Part shown: piece after piece, positions 20,725 through 29,017 of the stretch
How the letters are laid out: each line of letters opens with the position of its first letter
How positions within the stretch are numbered: the stretch's first letter is position 1
DNA from: a virus
Direction: 5' to 3' (one strand)
Virus record (IMG/VR): IMGVR_UViG_3300045988_103585
Length of the DNA stretch: 40,036 nucleotides
Translations under genes and position numbers: made by a program
The notes under the pieces: generated by a model
The model's input: only the letters and a program-made list of their open reading frames with translations
Database searches by the model: none
What the model was told of the DNA's origin: nothing

Positions 20725-20902
20725 CCTTTCCTTTTACCTTAATACCGGCTAATAATGCGAGTTCAATCGTCCATGCGCCAAACCATGCAACGGTCAGCGC
20801 ATCCGGCACCGTCTTATCCTTGTAAGACAGCACCAAAACAACGACGGTGTACCAAATGATATTGACCATCGCCGCTATAACAAACTTAGTTCTTTTCTTC
20901 AT
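20717..20902 (-). CDS. Small two-TM holin-like protein (61 aa)
   Basis: Two hydrophobic helices and a charged C-terminus KVKGKDE, within the lysis cassette. Confidence 0.55.
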   Translation of the reverse strand: MKKRTKFVIAAMVNIIWYTVVVLVLSYKDKTVPDALTVAWFGAWTIELALLAGIKVKGKDE

Positions 20903-21209
20903 GGCTCACTCCGTTCTTTAACTCCATGTGATAGATACGTTTTTCGTGGTTTTCAATTTTTCTATCCTGTTCATCGTTGTGATCCCATAAGCGCTTACGG
21001 GACAGACTGGCATGCTCTGTCTCTTCCTTGAGGTCGTCCTTGATCTGCTGCATATCGTCTTTCAGTCCCTTTACTGATTCATTTAATGATGTGATGCTTT
21101 TTGTCAATTCCGTCACGCCACTTATTAACGGTCGCGCCAACGCCCAAAAAAACCCGAACAGGCTGCCCAATGCGACAACTAACATACCAAGAAACTGTGC
21201 TGTATCCAT
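20886..21209 (-). CDS. Membrane-anchored coiled-coil protein (107 aa), lysis-associated
   Basis: N-terminal TM helix LGMLVVALGSLFGFFWAL, then a charged coiled coil. Confidence 0.5.
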   Translation of the reverse strand: MDTAQFLGMLVVALGSLFGFFWALARPLISGVTELTKSITSLNESVKGLKDDMQQIKDDLKEETEHASLSRKRLWDHNDEQDRKIENHEKRIYHMELKNGVSHEEKN

Positions 21210-21211
21210 AA

Positions 21212-21826
21212 CTAAATCTCCTTTATATACTCTCTGATTCCCTTGATTCTTGCGTAGCCCTTATCGGTTTTTAGCCACGTCCCTTGCGGAATTCCGGTTA
21301 CGTACTCGCCCTTTTTCAGCTTTCCCGCTGTGGGTGCTGTAAGCGATGCCTTTTGTCTGATATTGACCGTAGAAAGCACTCTATAGGTCTTTTCTGCGAC
21401 TTTCGGACAATAAATGAACCCCTGCAGCTTGTATCCGGTAAAGTAGGTGTACGGCGGTTTTAAGGTCATTGTGCGGAACCGAAACTTCTTGTAACCGCTC
21501 TCGCCAATTACAATGGAACCGTCAGACTTGATATCCTCGACAATAGCAACATGCCCTTTGCCATGCGCCTCACCACCGACTTTCGACCAACAAATAACGG
21601 CTCCAAGTCGTGGCGTATCGCCGCGATCGTAGCCGTCCTTGATGTTCTTATACCAGTTTCCCGCATTGCCAAGAGAAAGCTTCGGTGCTTTGCCGATAAT
21701 TTCATACCATCTGCCCCAAGCATACGCTGTGCAGTTTGGCAGTCCGTACCCTGCGCTATGGAACGGATTTTTCCTCGTCCACAACACGTTATTCGGTGCT
21801 GGTGCTTTTAACCTTGGTTTGTACAT
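21212..21826 (-). CDS. Endolysin: CHAP peptidase domain plus SH3b-like wall-binding domain
   Basis: Catalytic Cys context GLPNCTAYAWGRW and His context GHVAIVE. C-terminal YRVLSTVNIRQKASL...GEYV...WLKTDKGYARIKG. Confidence 0.85.
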   Translation of the reverse strand: MYKPRLKAPAPNNVLWTRKNPFHSAGYGLPNCTAYAWGRWYEIIGKAPKLSLGNAGNWYKNIKDGYDRGDTPRLGAVICWSKVGGEAHGKGHVAIVEDIKSDGSIVIGESGYKKFRFRTMTLKPPYTYFTGYKLQGFIYCPKVAEKTYRVLSTVNIRQKASLTAPTAGKLKKGEYVTGIPQGTWLKTDKGYARIKGIREYIKEI

Positions 21827-21838
21827 ATCTTCTCCTTC

Positions 21839-24800
21839 CTAAAACGGGTTCTTTGTCTTCGGACTTGCCTTTAATGCCTCGAACAATGCCCATTTTTGTT
21901 CCCTTGAAATATCTGCTCTTGATAAAAATCCTTTAAGTTCGTCGTTTGAATATCTGCCGTTTCCGTTTGCATCGATCAGACCGGCAGCATGATCTAACAT
22001 TTCAGGTGTAATTCCTGCACGCTTGATTGCTGTCGCTCTTTTCACTGCACTGTCAGATAAAAGTGTACTGACTATTTGAGTTGATTGGCCGCTGTCTAAA
22101 AGCGCATAAGCCTTTCCGATATTCTTTGTGTAACCGGATTCTCTGATTGTCCTCGCTGCGTTTATCACATCTTCCTTTGTTGCCCCTGCTTCTCGAAGCT
22201 TTGTTGCTTTCTCTACGGCTGTTTTCGATGTCATTGCTATAACTGCATCTTTGTTCATGCCGCTTTCTGCAAGCGCGTAGGCTTTTCCCGCACTGGAATC
22301 CGCTCCGCTTTCAGACAATATCTGATTTGCTTCTTTTACTTGACTAACACTCATCGTTCCGCTGTCAACAAGTGCCTTTTGCGTCTTGTTCAATTCTCCG
22401 TAGTCGTAAGCGTTTTTGGTTGTCTCTCCCATAGAAATAACAATAGAACGCTTTGCGGCATCTGATGCCGCTTCGTAAACGTCTCTGACTGCCTCTTTTT
22501 TTTCATCTGTTGTCATGTTTTGATATTCGGAAGACGATGTTAAACTTGAAAGCCCTTTGTAAACTTCTTGCCCTCTGACCTTCTTGTACTCTGTAAACTG
22601 TTCCGGAGTCATGCGAATATCCCTACCGTCATATCTTACGGTGTAGAGTGAGCTGTAATCAGTAGGAATAACGTCTTTCCCCTCGCTTCCAAGTTCTTGA
22701 CGAAGATTTTCGAGTTCTAGCGCGGTTCTGTCTGTCTCTTTCTTTTGCACATACGCCGGAGACAAGAAATTTTCAAGTCCTGCCTTTAGATAGTCGGTTG
22801 GAGACTGTTTGCTATCCGTTCTTCCGAACATATCGACAAAACTTTGATTTGTGTTTGTTAAACCCGGTATTTTGTTTTCAAGCTTATCAATATACTTTTC
22901 TGTGTCTCTTTGCAGTTTATTTTCTGCTGTCGAAAGCGCGATTTTTCTCTCCGGTACAAGCGTTCTTGCAGTTTGCCCTACAAGCGTCGGTATAAACTGG
23001 CTTACAAGGTTTTGTGCAGCATTTCCCATGAATTTTACAATATCTTTGCTGTCTCCATTCGCGAAGTCAAACAGATTTTGCACACCGGAAAGCATAGACA
23101 TCTCCAAAACAGGTTGGTAAATCTGCGAAAGACTTTCGATTCCGTCCCACAGATTTCCGCCCTCTTTCAACATAGAGTTTCCAAGTTCTACTCCGACAAA
23201 GAACGGCATACAGATAGGCGCCGCCCAGTCCATTGTGATGGAATAATCGCCAATATTCAGAGCGTAATCCTGCTTTCCTAAAAGCTGTTTCCATTTATAT
23301 TCGCTGTTGTATTCGCCAAGAGAACCGTTTGCGAGCCCCTTGTTTCCCATATACATGCCAAGTGCCACAACGCCGGTTCCGGTAAGACCCTCTGCTACTT
23401 GTGTTATTGCTTTCTGCAATGCTATTGCGTCCTTTGCTCTAGCAATCTGATATATGCCCTTAGCAAGTCCAAGCGGCGAATGAGAAACGCCTCGTTTCAA
23501 AATGTTTATCGGTGTCTTTGTGAATGGTAAAGCGGAATCCATGACAACCTTTCCGGCTGTCTTTGCCACTTTCATTGTTGCATCATCGGTTGCCTTTACA
23601 TTTAGGTTTTTTCTGAACCTCGCAAGCGCATCTGCAAGCCTGCTAGGGTCTCTGTAAGTTGCGCGAAGTGCTTCATTGTAAGCATGTTCCGATGCCTGCT
23701 GAACGAATTCTTCTGTTAAGTCACCGACCTTTTTACCGTTTGCCTTGCAATACTGCGCAAAAGCACTGTCGAAGTTTATCTTCATAAACAGTTGGTCTTC
23801 TGCTTCCAGTGCTGCGCTGTTCAGCTTATTTGCCCCCTCTAAAAGCCGATTGTTAAAAACTTTTGCTTCTAATGGTCGAAGTTCTTCATTATACTTTCCA
23901 TTCCCACTATCAAGCGTCTTCCTCAATTTGTCGAATTGATCTCCGGCAAACTTTTTCAAGGCTCTGTCATCAGAAGAATTGGTTAAGATTGCAGCTGTTT
24001 TTTTCGCTCCGGCTTTTTCAAGTTTTCGGCTGAATGCCTTTTGCAATCCACTCTGAATGATATTATCCATTCTGACTACAGGAACATATAAAGCGTTGCC
24101 GACAATGTTTCTGATGTGTGTCCTCGGATTTCCGAGCATGGCAAGGTATCTCCAAGCTGTGAGTTTTTCGGAGAATGTCGCAGGCACTTGATTCCAAAGT
24201 TCAATGTTTATCTGCTTTCTAAGTTCCGGAAGTTCTTCTTCCGATGCGTTACGAAGCCTATCGAGCATTTCATCGCTAATATTTACATTTACACCTGTGT
24301 TTTTATTGATCTTATCGACGGAACGAATAACATTCTTGACTCTGCCTTCCGGAGACAGTGAATTAAAAAGCCGCATTGCCTGCAAGGTTCTTCCGGCTTC
24401 ACTCTCCATTTGGCATACGTCAGACAAAACAGTTTGTGCGGCTTCATAATTGCCTTTATTGATGTGTTCTCTCGCAAGCTGATAGCCCATAGCAATATCA
24501 TCGCTTCGGACTTCTTTCCCCTCTTTTAAGATGTTTTCAAAAGATTTTGTTTCAAAATCAAGCCCATTTGTTTTGATTTTGTCAGATGCAAGGTCAAGTT
24601 TCTCCTTATTTGTTGTCTTTCTCGTCCAGTAAGAGCCTTCCTCGATGTTCGTCTTAATTACTTCTCTTGTCTTCTTGTCAACAATAGGAGCATTGTATAC
24701 GGTGTTTGCACCTTGCGTGACTTTTCCCATGTCTGTCCTAAGCGGAACCTTTCCACCATCGTATGTGCCATATTTCTTTTTTGCGTCCTTAAACGATTGG

Positions 24801-25987
24801 TTCGGTCTAGCCACATCTGCGCCAAGGTCTTTTAGATTGACATTATTTTGGGAATTTGATACACTTTGATTAAGAGTTGATTCTAAATCGACTGCGGTAG
24901 GTTGTGGACCTACGTCGGCAGCCGATTTTGGGATTAGCTCTATTTTTTTGGCATTGTGCGTCTTCCCAGATATCTCAACTGGATTTTTAACGCTATTAGC
25001 TGTTGGAAGTTCCATTTTAGGCTCGATTTTGATGTTTTCAGCCTGTTCTGAGATGGTTTTAGGCAATTCTATCTTTGGTGTGACTTCGTCCTTTACAGCC
25101 TGTTTTACGACTTTTGGAAGTTCTTTCTTGACAGCTTTCTTTGAGCCTCTTAAGGCTTTTACCACCGGAATCGCTTCCATGACACCGCCAGTAACCGCAT
25201 TGATTCCGGCATTGACCGCCATGTCCTTGGCAAGTTCTTTGCCTTTTTTGCCCTCGCCCCTTGCCAAGCCTAAATCCATCGCAGTACCAACAGTAGCATC
25301 TGCGATTGCGTTCTTGGTAGCACTCTTTAAGACCTGTTTTGTCGCTTCCTCGCCGATTTTCTTGCCGACCTTGCTCGCAACGGCTTTTTCGGTTGCTTTT
25401 TTGCCCGCTTTAGTAGCAAGTACTTTTCCTGCAGCCTTTGTGGTCGCTTTTTCAGCTGCGCCATATCCAGTAGCATAGCCAAGCATTTCGCCTGCGATGT
25501 TGCCTATTTTCCTAGACTTCGCTGCGTTCTTTGTAGGCGGCTTGATGATTTTTCCGCCTTTTTCCATCTTATCGCTAAGCTTCTTTCCCTTTGCGATGCT
25601 GTATGCTGTACCCGGAAGCGAGGAATTTACAAATCCCTCGCCCAAGCCAGTATAGAATTGACCGACTTTATCGTTCTTAAATCCGCCTTTTCTGTTGTAC
25701 TCTGCCTTCTTCTCTTTGGCAATCTGATTTTGCACCTTTTGGCGTTCTGCGGTCGGTAAAAAGTCAGATTTAATGTCGCGCCAAAGCCAGTCGGCTTGCT
25801 GTTTGACCTTTTCCTTTAAGGATTTTTGGGGTAGAGAAGTTGAAGTTTCCTTTCTCTTTGCATCTTTTCTTGCCCTATCCATATCAGATTGTGTTGGAAG
25901 CTTTGACGTTCTTCTCGTCTGCGCCTTTTTCTTTTCTCTGTCTAGGTCTGCTTGTGTAGGAAGTTTTGACGTTCTCCTTGTTGCCAT
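21839..25987 (-). CDS. Giant (1382 aa) multidomain virion-associated protein; possible internal or ejection protein
   Basis: Uninterrupted ORF between the PG-binding protein and the endolysin. It has repeats at the N-terminus, a K/A-rich region and C-terminal helical repeats. Confidence 0.6.
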   Translation of the reverse strand: MATRRTSKLPTQADLDREKKKAQTRRTSKLPTQSDMDRARKDAKRKETSTSLPQKSLKEKVKQQADWLWRDIKSDFLPTAERQKVQNQIAKEKKAEYNRKGGFKNDKVGQFYTGLGEGFVNSSLPGTAYSIAKGKKLSDKMEKGGKIIKPPTKNAAKSRKIGNIAGEMLGYATGYGAAEKATTKAAGKVLATKAGKKATEKAVASKVGKKIGEEATKQVLKSATKNAIADATVGTAMDLGLARGEGKKGKELAKDMAVNAGINAVTGGVMEAIPVVKALRGSKKAVKKELPKVVKQAVKDEVTPKIELPKTISEQAENIKIEPKMELPTANSVKNPVEISGKTHNAKKIELIPKSAADVGPQPTAVDLESTLNQSVSNSQNNVNLKDLGADVARPNQSFKDAKKKYGTYDGGKVPLRTDMGKVTQGANTVYNAPIVDKKTREVIKTNIEEGSYWTRKTTNKEKLDLASDKIKTNGLDFETKSFENILKEGKEVRSDDIAMGYQLAREHINKGNYEAAQTVLSDVCQMESEAGRTLQAMRLFNSLSPEGRVKNVIRSVDKINKNTGVNVNISDEMLDRLRNASEEELPELRKQINIELWNQVPATFSEKLTAWRYLAMLGNPRTHIRNIVGNALYVPVVRMDNIIQSGLQKAFSRKLEKAGAKKTAAILTNSSDDRALKKFAGDQFDKLRKTLDSGNGKYNEELRPLEAKVFNNRLLEGANKLNSAALEAEDQLFMKINFDSAFAQYCKANGKKVGDLTEEFVQQASEHAYNEALRATYRDPSRLADALARFRKNLNVKATDDATMKVAKTAGKVVMDSALPFTKTPINILKRGVSHSPLGLAKGIYQIARAKDAIALQKAITQVAEGLTGTGVVALGMYMGNKGLANGSLGEYNSEYKWKQLLGKQDYALNIGDYSITMDWAAPICMPFFVGVELGNSMLKEGGNLWDGIESLSQIYQPVLEMSMLSGVQNLFDFANGDSKDIVKFMGNAAQNLVSQFIPTLVGQTARTLVPERKIALSTAENKLQRDTEKYIDKLENKIPGLTNTNQSFVDMFGRTDSKQSPTDYLKAGLENFLSPAYVQKKETDRTALELENLRQELGSEGKDVIPTDYSSLYTVRYDGRDIRMTPEQFTEYKKVRGQEVYKGLSSLTSSSEYQNMTTDEKKEAVRDVYEAASDAAKRSIVISMGETTKNAYDYGELNKTQKALVDSGTMSVSQVKEANQILSESGADSSAGKAYALAESGMNKDAVIAMTSKTAVEKATKLREAGATKEDVINAARTIRESGYTKNIGKAYALLDSGQSTQIVSTLLSDSAVKRATAIKRAGITPEMLDHAAGLIDANGNGRYSNDELKGFLSRADISREQKWALFEALKASPKTKNPF

Positions 25988-25988
25988 A

Positions 25989-27215
25989 TCAAACTCCTTT
26001 GTAGCTCTTGTACTTCTTCATCGACTTATAACCGCCGCTTGTTTTATTTGATTTGTTAGCGTTTCCCCATACGGAACTATAATCTACTGAATTATTTTTC
26101 TTCGATGTAGAGTAAGACCTACTTTGCTTATTGCTGGAAGAATTATTCTTATTCTTATTCTTGCTATTATTTGTAACAGTGTAACCCATTGCCTTTGCCG
26201 CCGCAGCCGCCGCAGAAGAGTTATTGTAGTGAAGCCGTCCGTCAGAATCCGTCCATACATAGTTCGGATTCTTCGCTTGAATGTTCGATGATACCCTATT
26301 ATTCCACGCGTTTACCTTGTTCTGTTGCTGTTGCTGCAAATAGGTCTGTAGTGCAGATAACTCGCTATTGAGCAACTGCTCACGTTGATTTTTCAAGTCT
26401 TCCATCTGCATTTGACCATACCGCTCATCAATAGAAGATTGTCTGGCTTGGAGTTGAGACATAAGGTCAGCTAGGTTTCCTTGGTACTGACTTCCAAGCT
26501 TCGCCAATGCCTCTTGCAATGCCGCATCATTGCTCGCCAATCCGGACGAATAGGCATTTAAGATGCTATTCAATGCTGTTTCACTTGCCCCGCCTGTGAT
26601 TCCTCCGGAAGACAACTGTTCAGCGAGTTTGTTTTTATTCTGCCGATATGCGATGTACTGCTGTCTTGCCGCATCACTAGCCGCTTGGTTCGCTTGGTTC
26701 ACCCCTTGGTTATATACGTTGCTAAGCTGACCCATGCTCGTATCGTAGGAACGCTGAATTCCATTCAAAGCCGCATCCCATTGGTCTTGTATGCTTTGAT
26801 CTGGTTTCAAACTATCATAACCAATAGGATTGATTCTTCCGCTTGATAATGCGTTATAATATCCTTGAATTACATTGTTTTTATTATTGACCAAGCCACC
26901 AACCAAATTACCGACAATTCCTAATCCAAATCCACCCGAAGACGTTCCTCTTGATGGAGAACCACCCGAAGGTGTTCCACCCGAACTTCCTGTTTTATAC
27001 AGCTTTCTAAAAGTTTCGTTTCCGACAGTATTTCCGTAAGAGTTTGAGCCTCCAGTCGCTTTTTTATAAGCCGAAAGTGCCGCAGATGTGTTTTTACCCC
27101 ATATGCCGTCAGCACCGCTCTTACCGACATTGTATCCGGAGTTTATCAGTGCATTTTGCATTTTTCTGACTTCCGACTTACTCATGTTATTTCTGTTGTA
27201 AATTTTAGATGCCAT
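25989..27215 (-). CDS. PG_binding_1-domain protein with a Q/N-rich coiled coil and an S/N/K-rich tail (408 aa)
   Basis: VRKMQNALINSGYNVGKSGADGIWGKNTSAALSAYKK is a peptidoglycan-binding repeat. ATG at 27215 behind AAAGGGA. Trimmed from track ORF 25989..27368. Confidence 0.65.
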   Translation of the reverse strand: MASKIYNRNNMSKSEVRKMQNALINSGYNVGKSGADGIWGKNTSAALSAYKKATGGSNSYGNTVGNETFRKLYKTGSSGGTPSGGSPSRGTSSGGFGLGIVGNLVGGLVNNKNNVIQGYYNALSSGRINPIGYDSLKPDQSIQDQWDAALNGIQRSYDTSMGQLSNVYNQGVNQANQAASDAARQQYIAYRQNKNKLAEQLSSGGITGGASETALNSILNAYSSGLASNDAALQEALAKLGSQYQGNLADLMSQLQARQSSIDERYGQMQMEDLKNQREQLLNSELSALQTYLQQQQQNKVNAWNNRVSSNIQAKNPNYVWTDSDGRLHYNNSSAAAAAAKAMGYTVTNNSKNKNKNNSSSNKQSRSYSTSKKNNSVDYSSVWGNANKSNKTSGGYKSMKKYKSYKGV

Positions 27216-27237
27216 CTTATATCCCTTTCTAAAATTT

Positions 27238-27266
27238 TTTATAATCGTGTCAGCCTTTGATGCCAA
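27238..27266 (-). promoter_or_regulatory. Internal promoter within the late region
   Basis: On the minus strand: TTGGCA (27266-27261), 17 nt, TATAAA (27243-27238). Confidence 0.45.
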
Positions 27267-27284
27267 AAAACGTGTTATGTATAG

Positions 27285-27387
27285 ATAACCCCGAAACACA
27301 AAGATTTCGATGCATCTGAATCTGATGTGATAGATTAGTTCATCACATATCGTCAGAAGATTTACCAAATTGTGTTTTCGGGGTTAT
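27285..27387 (-). other. About 103-nt compound RNA hairpin in the intergenic gap
   Basis: The outer arms ataaccccgaaacacaa (27285-27301) and ttgtgttttcggggttat (27370-27387) pair with one bulge. An inner stem pairs atgtgat (27325-27331) with atcacat (27342-27348), and tctg pairs with caga. Confidence 0.6.
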
Positions 27388-27388
27388 T

Positions 27389-27745
27389 CTAAAATTGAGT
27401 GAAGTACTCGCCATCTGCCAGTTCCGGCGGCATGCCTGCCTTGATGCAAACATATCTCTTTACGCCGTCTGTGTAGTAATAGTTCTCGTATACTTCCATA
27501 CCAACTTTGAACCTAATCGGCTTATCTGCCGTTCCCTCTGCGTTAGGGTCTTCCACCTCGATCCATGTTATGCTGCCCTTAGCTGTGGTCTGTGTTGGAG
27601 CCCATTTGTATCCGGGTCTTGACGGTAGATCTTCCGGCTTGGGTGTGATTGTGATGCCCACTTCCTCTACGACCGCAACTGTGTCTTTGTCAGATCGGAT
27701 TACTGTTTTAATTGCGTCAAGTCTTTCCCTATATGTATTAGCCAT
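27389..27745 (-). CDS. Hypothetical tail-associated protein (118 aa)
   Basis: ATG at 27745 (MANTYRERL) overlaps the upstream stop by 8 nt. Confidence 0.55.
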   Translation of the reverse strand: MANTYRERLDAIKTVIRSDKDTVAVVEEVGITITPKPEDLPSRPGYKWAPTQTTAKGSITWIEVEDPNAEGTADKPIRFKVGMEVYENYYYTDGVKRYVCIKAGMPPELADGEYFTQF

Positions 27746-28058
27746 TGATTCCGACCTCACTTTCCAGTTCTGTTAAAATTTCTTCGGACGTTAAGTCGTT
27801 CCCTTGACCGTCGATAATAGCCTGAACCTCTGCTTTGTACTCAGCAGGAACAGCATCTATAGTCATTGCACCAGACGTGACAGCTTCCACGTATTCCGGT
27901 ACCATAAATTCATGAATCTGAGCTTTAGCATTGTCCTCGTAGCTTTTGCTATGGTCCGGGATATACGGCTCATACTGGTGAATGTGGAATAAACCGCTAT
28001 TTCTATCGAAAATGTGATAGCCGTTTTCCTCAATTATGTAGTACAAATCTCTTTCCAT
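27738..28058 (-). CDS. Hypothetical tail-associated protein (106 aa)
   Basis: ATG at 28058 behind GGAGGG. Confidence 0.55.
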   Translation of the reverse strand: MERDLYYIIEENGYHIFDRNSGLFHIHQYEPYIPDHSKSYEDNAKAQIHEFMVPEYVEAVTSGAMTIDAVPAEYKAEVQAIIDGQGNDLTSEEILTELESEVGING

Positions 28059-28060
28059 TC

Positions 28061-29017
28061 TTAACCCTCCAAACATAAAACTTTTTCTAATACTTGATGT
28101 AAGCCGTCGAAACTAAACCCGCCAACATAGTTTTGACTATATGAGTACTGACCGAACAAATGTAGCTTTCCGCCGTTGAGAACTAGGGTAGGATTGGATA
28201 AGTGTTCGTCTAAACTGATGATAATCTCTATTTTTTCTCCGTCAAAAGAAATAAGTCCACTTCCAAACGCTGGAATGTAAAGCTTATCATCATTTGATAC
28301 TACATATGAATCGGTTGTGCTTAAGGACATATTACTGCCTGTAATTTGTGTCCAGCTGTTTGTGTTTGTGTTTAGTTTGTAAATATTACCAGTTCTATTG
28401 GAATTGTTATATCCGCCAATAGCGTATAAAACTCCATCGATAACGCCAAGTAATGCGCCACCAGGGTATGGTAATGCTGCAATATCAATCCACTCTAATG
28501 TATCAAGGTCAATATATCCGCAATAGGTATAATATGTGTATGAGTTTGATCCTGTTCGGGTCTGGAAAAAGAGATACATTTTGTTATCAACAATGGCTGG
28601 TATTCGTCTGTAGAGATATGATGTTCCATACAAACTGTCTGATTCTTTTGACGGTATATCTAAAACTTTAGTGAAAGCCGTACCGTCAAATCTGTATACA
28701 GCGTTCGCAAATAAATAGTATAAATACTCACCATGCTCCAAAGCAGTAATATAGGCTTGCGCGCCTCCATCTGGAGCATCAATATCCCTCACCCATCCAT
28801 TCGATTCAAGGCGATAATGTTTTCTACTAGAAGTTATCATGTGGATTTTGCCTTTATATGACGCATATATTTTTGTATTTTCAGTGCCTGCAAAAAGTGT
28901 ATCTTTATCTGCAACCCACTGATACTTTGCAGTCAGCTTCATGTCCTTTAATACTGAACCGTCTATTGTTATCTTTTGACCGCCTCCGCCGCCGCTTGCG
29001 TTGAACCATGTATCCAT
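28061..29017 (-). CDS. Kelch-repeat beta-propeller protein (candidate receptor-binding protein)
   Basis: GVIDGVLYAIGGYNNSNRTGNIYKLNTNTNSWTQI and further blade-like repeats (KMYLFF, KLYIPA, KLHLFG). Confidence 0.6.
   Translation of the reverse strand: MDTWFNASGGGGGQKITIDGSVLKDMKLTAKYQWVADKDTLFAGTENTKIYASYKGKIHMITSSRKHYRLESNGWVRDIDAPDGGAQAYITALEHGEYLYYLFANAVYRFDGTAFTKVLDIPSKESDSLYGTSYLYRRIPAIVDNKMYLFFQTRTGSNSYTYYTYCGYIDLDTLEWIDIAALPYPGGALLGVIDGVLYAIGGYNNSNRTGNIYKLNTNTNSWTQITGSNMSLSTTDSYVVSNDDKLYIPAFGSGLISFDGEKIEIIISLDEHLSNPTLVLNGGKLHLFGQYSYSQNYVGGFSFDGLHQVLEKVLCLEG

Noticed and set aside
24948-25478. Long plus-strand ORFs antisense to late genes. Examples are 24948..25478 (176 aa), 36952..37377 (141 aa), 18519..18926 (135 aa), 8664..9053 (129 aa), 32791..33174 (127 aa) and 5643..6008 (121 aa).
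   Set aside because: - They are fully nested antisense to strongly supported genes.
- Their translations are low-complexity or Ser/Leu/Phe/Cys-rich, as expected of shadow frames.
- They have no RBS.
21839-25987. The 1382-aa ORF as a tape-measure protein.
   Set aside because: - There are no major tail tube, sheath, or G/GT chaperone frameshift genes.
- The gene sits after the fibres and directly before the lysis genes, not between tail chaperones and the distal tail proteins.
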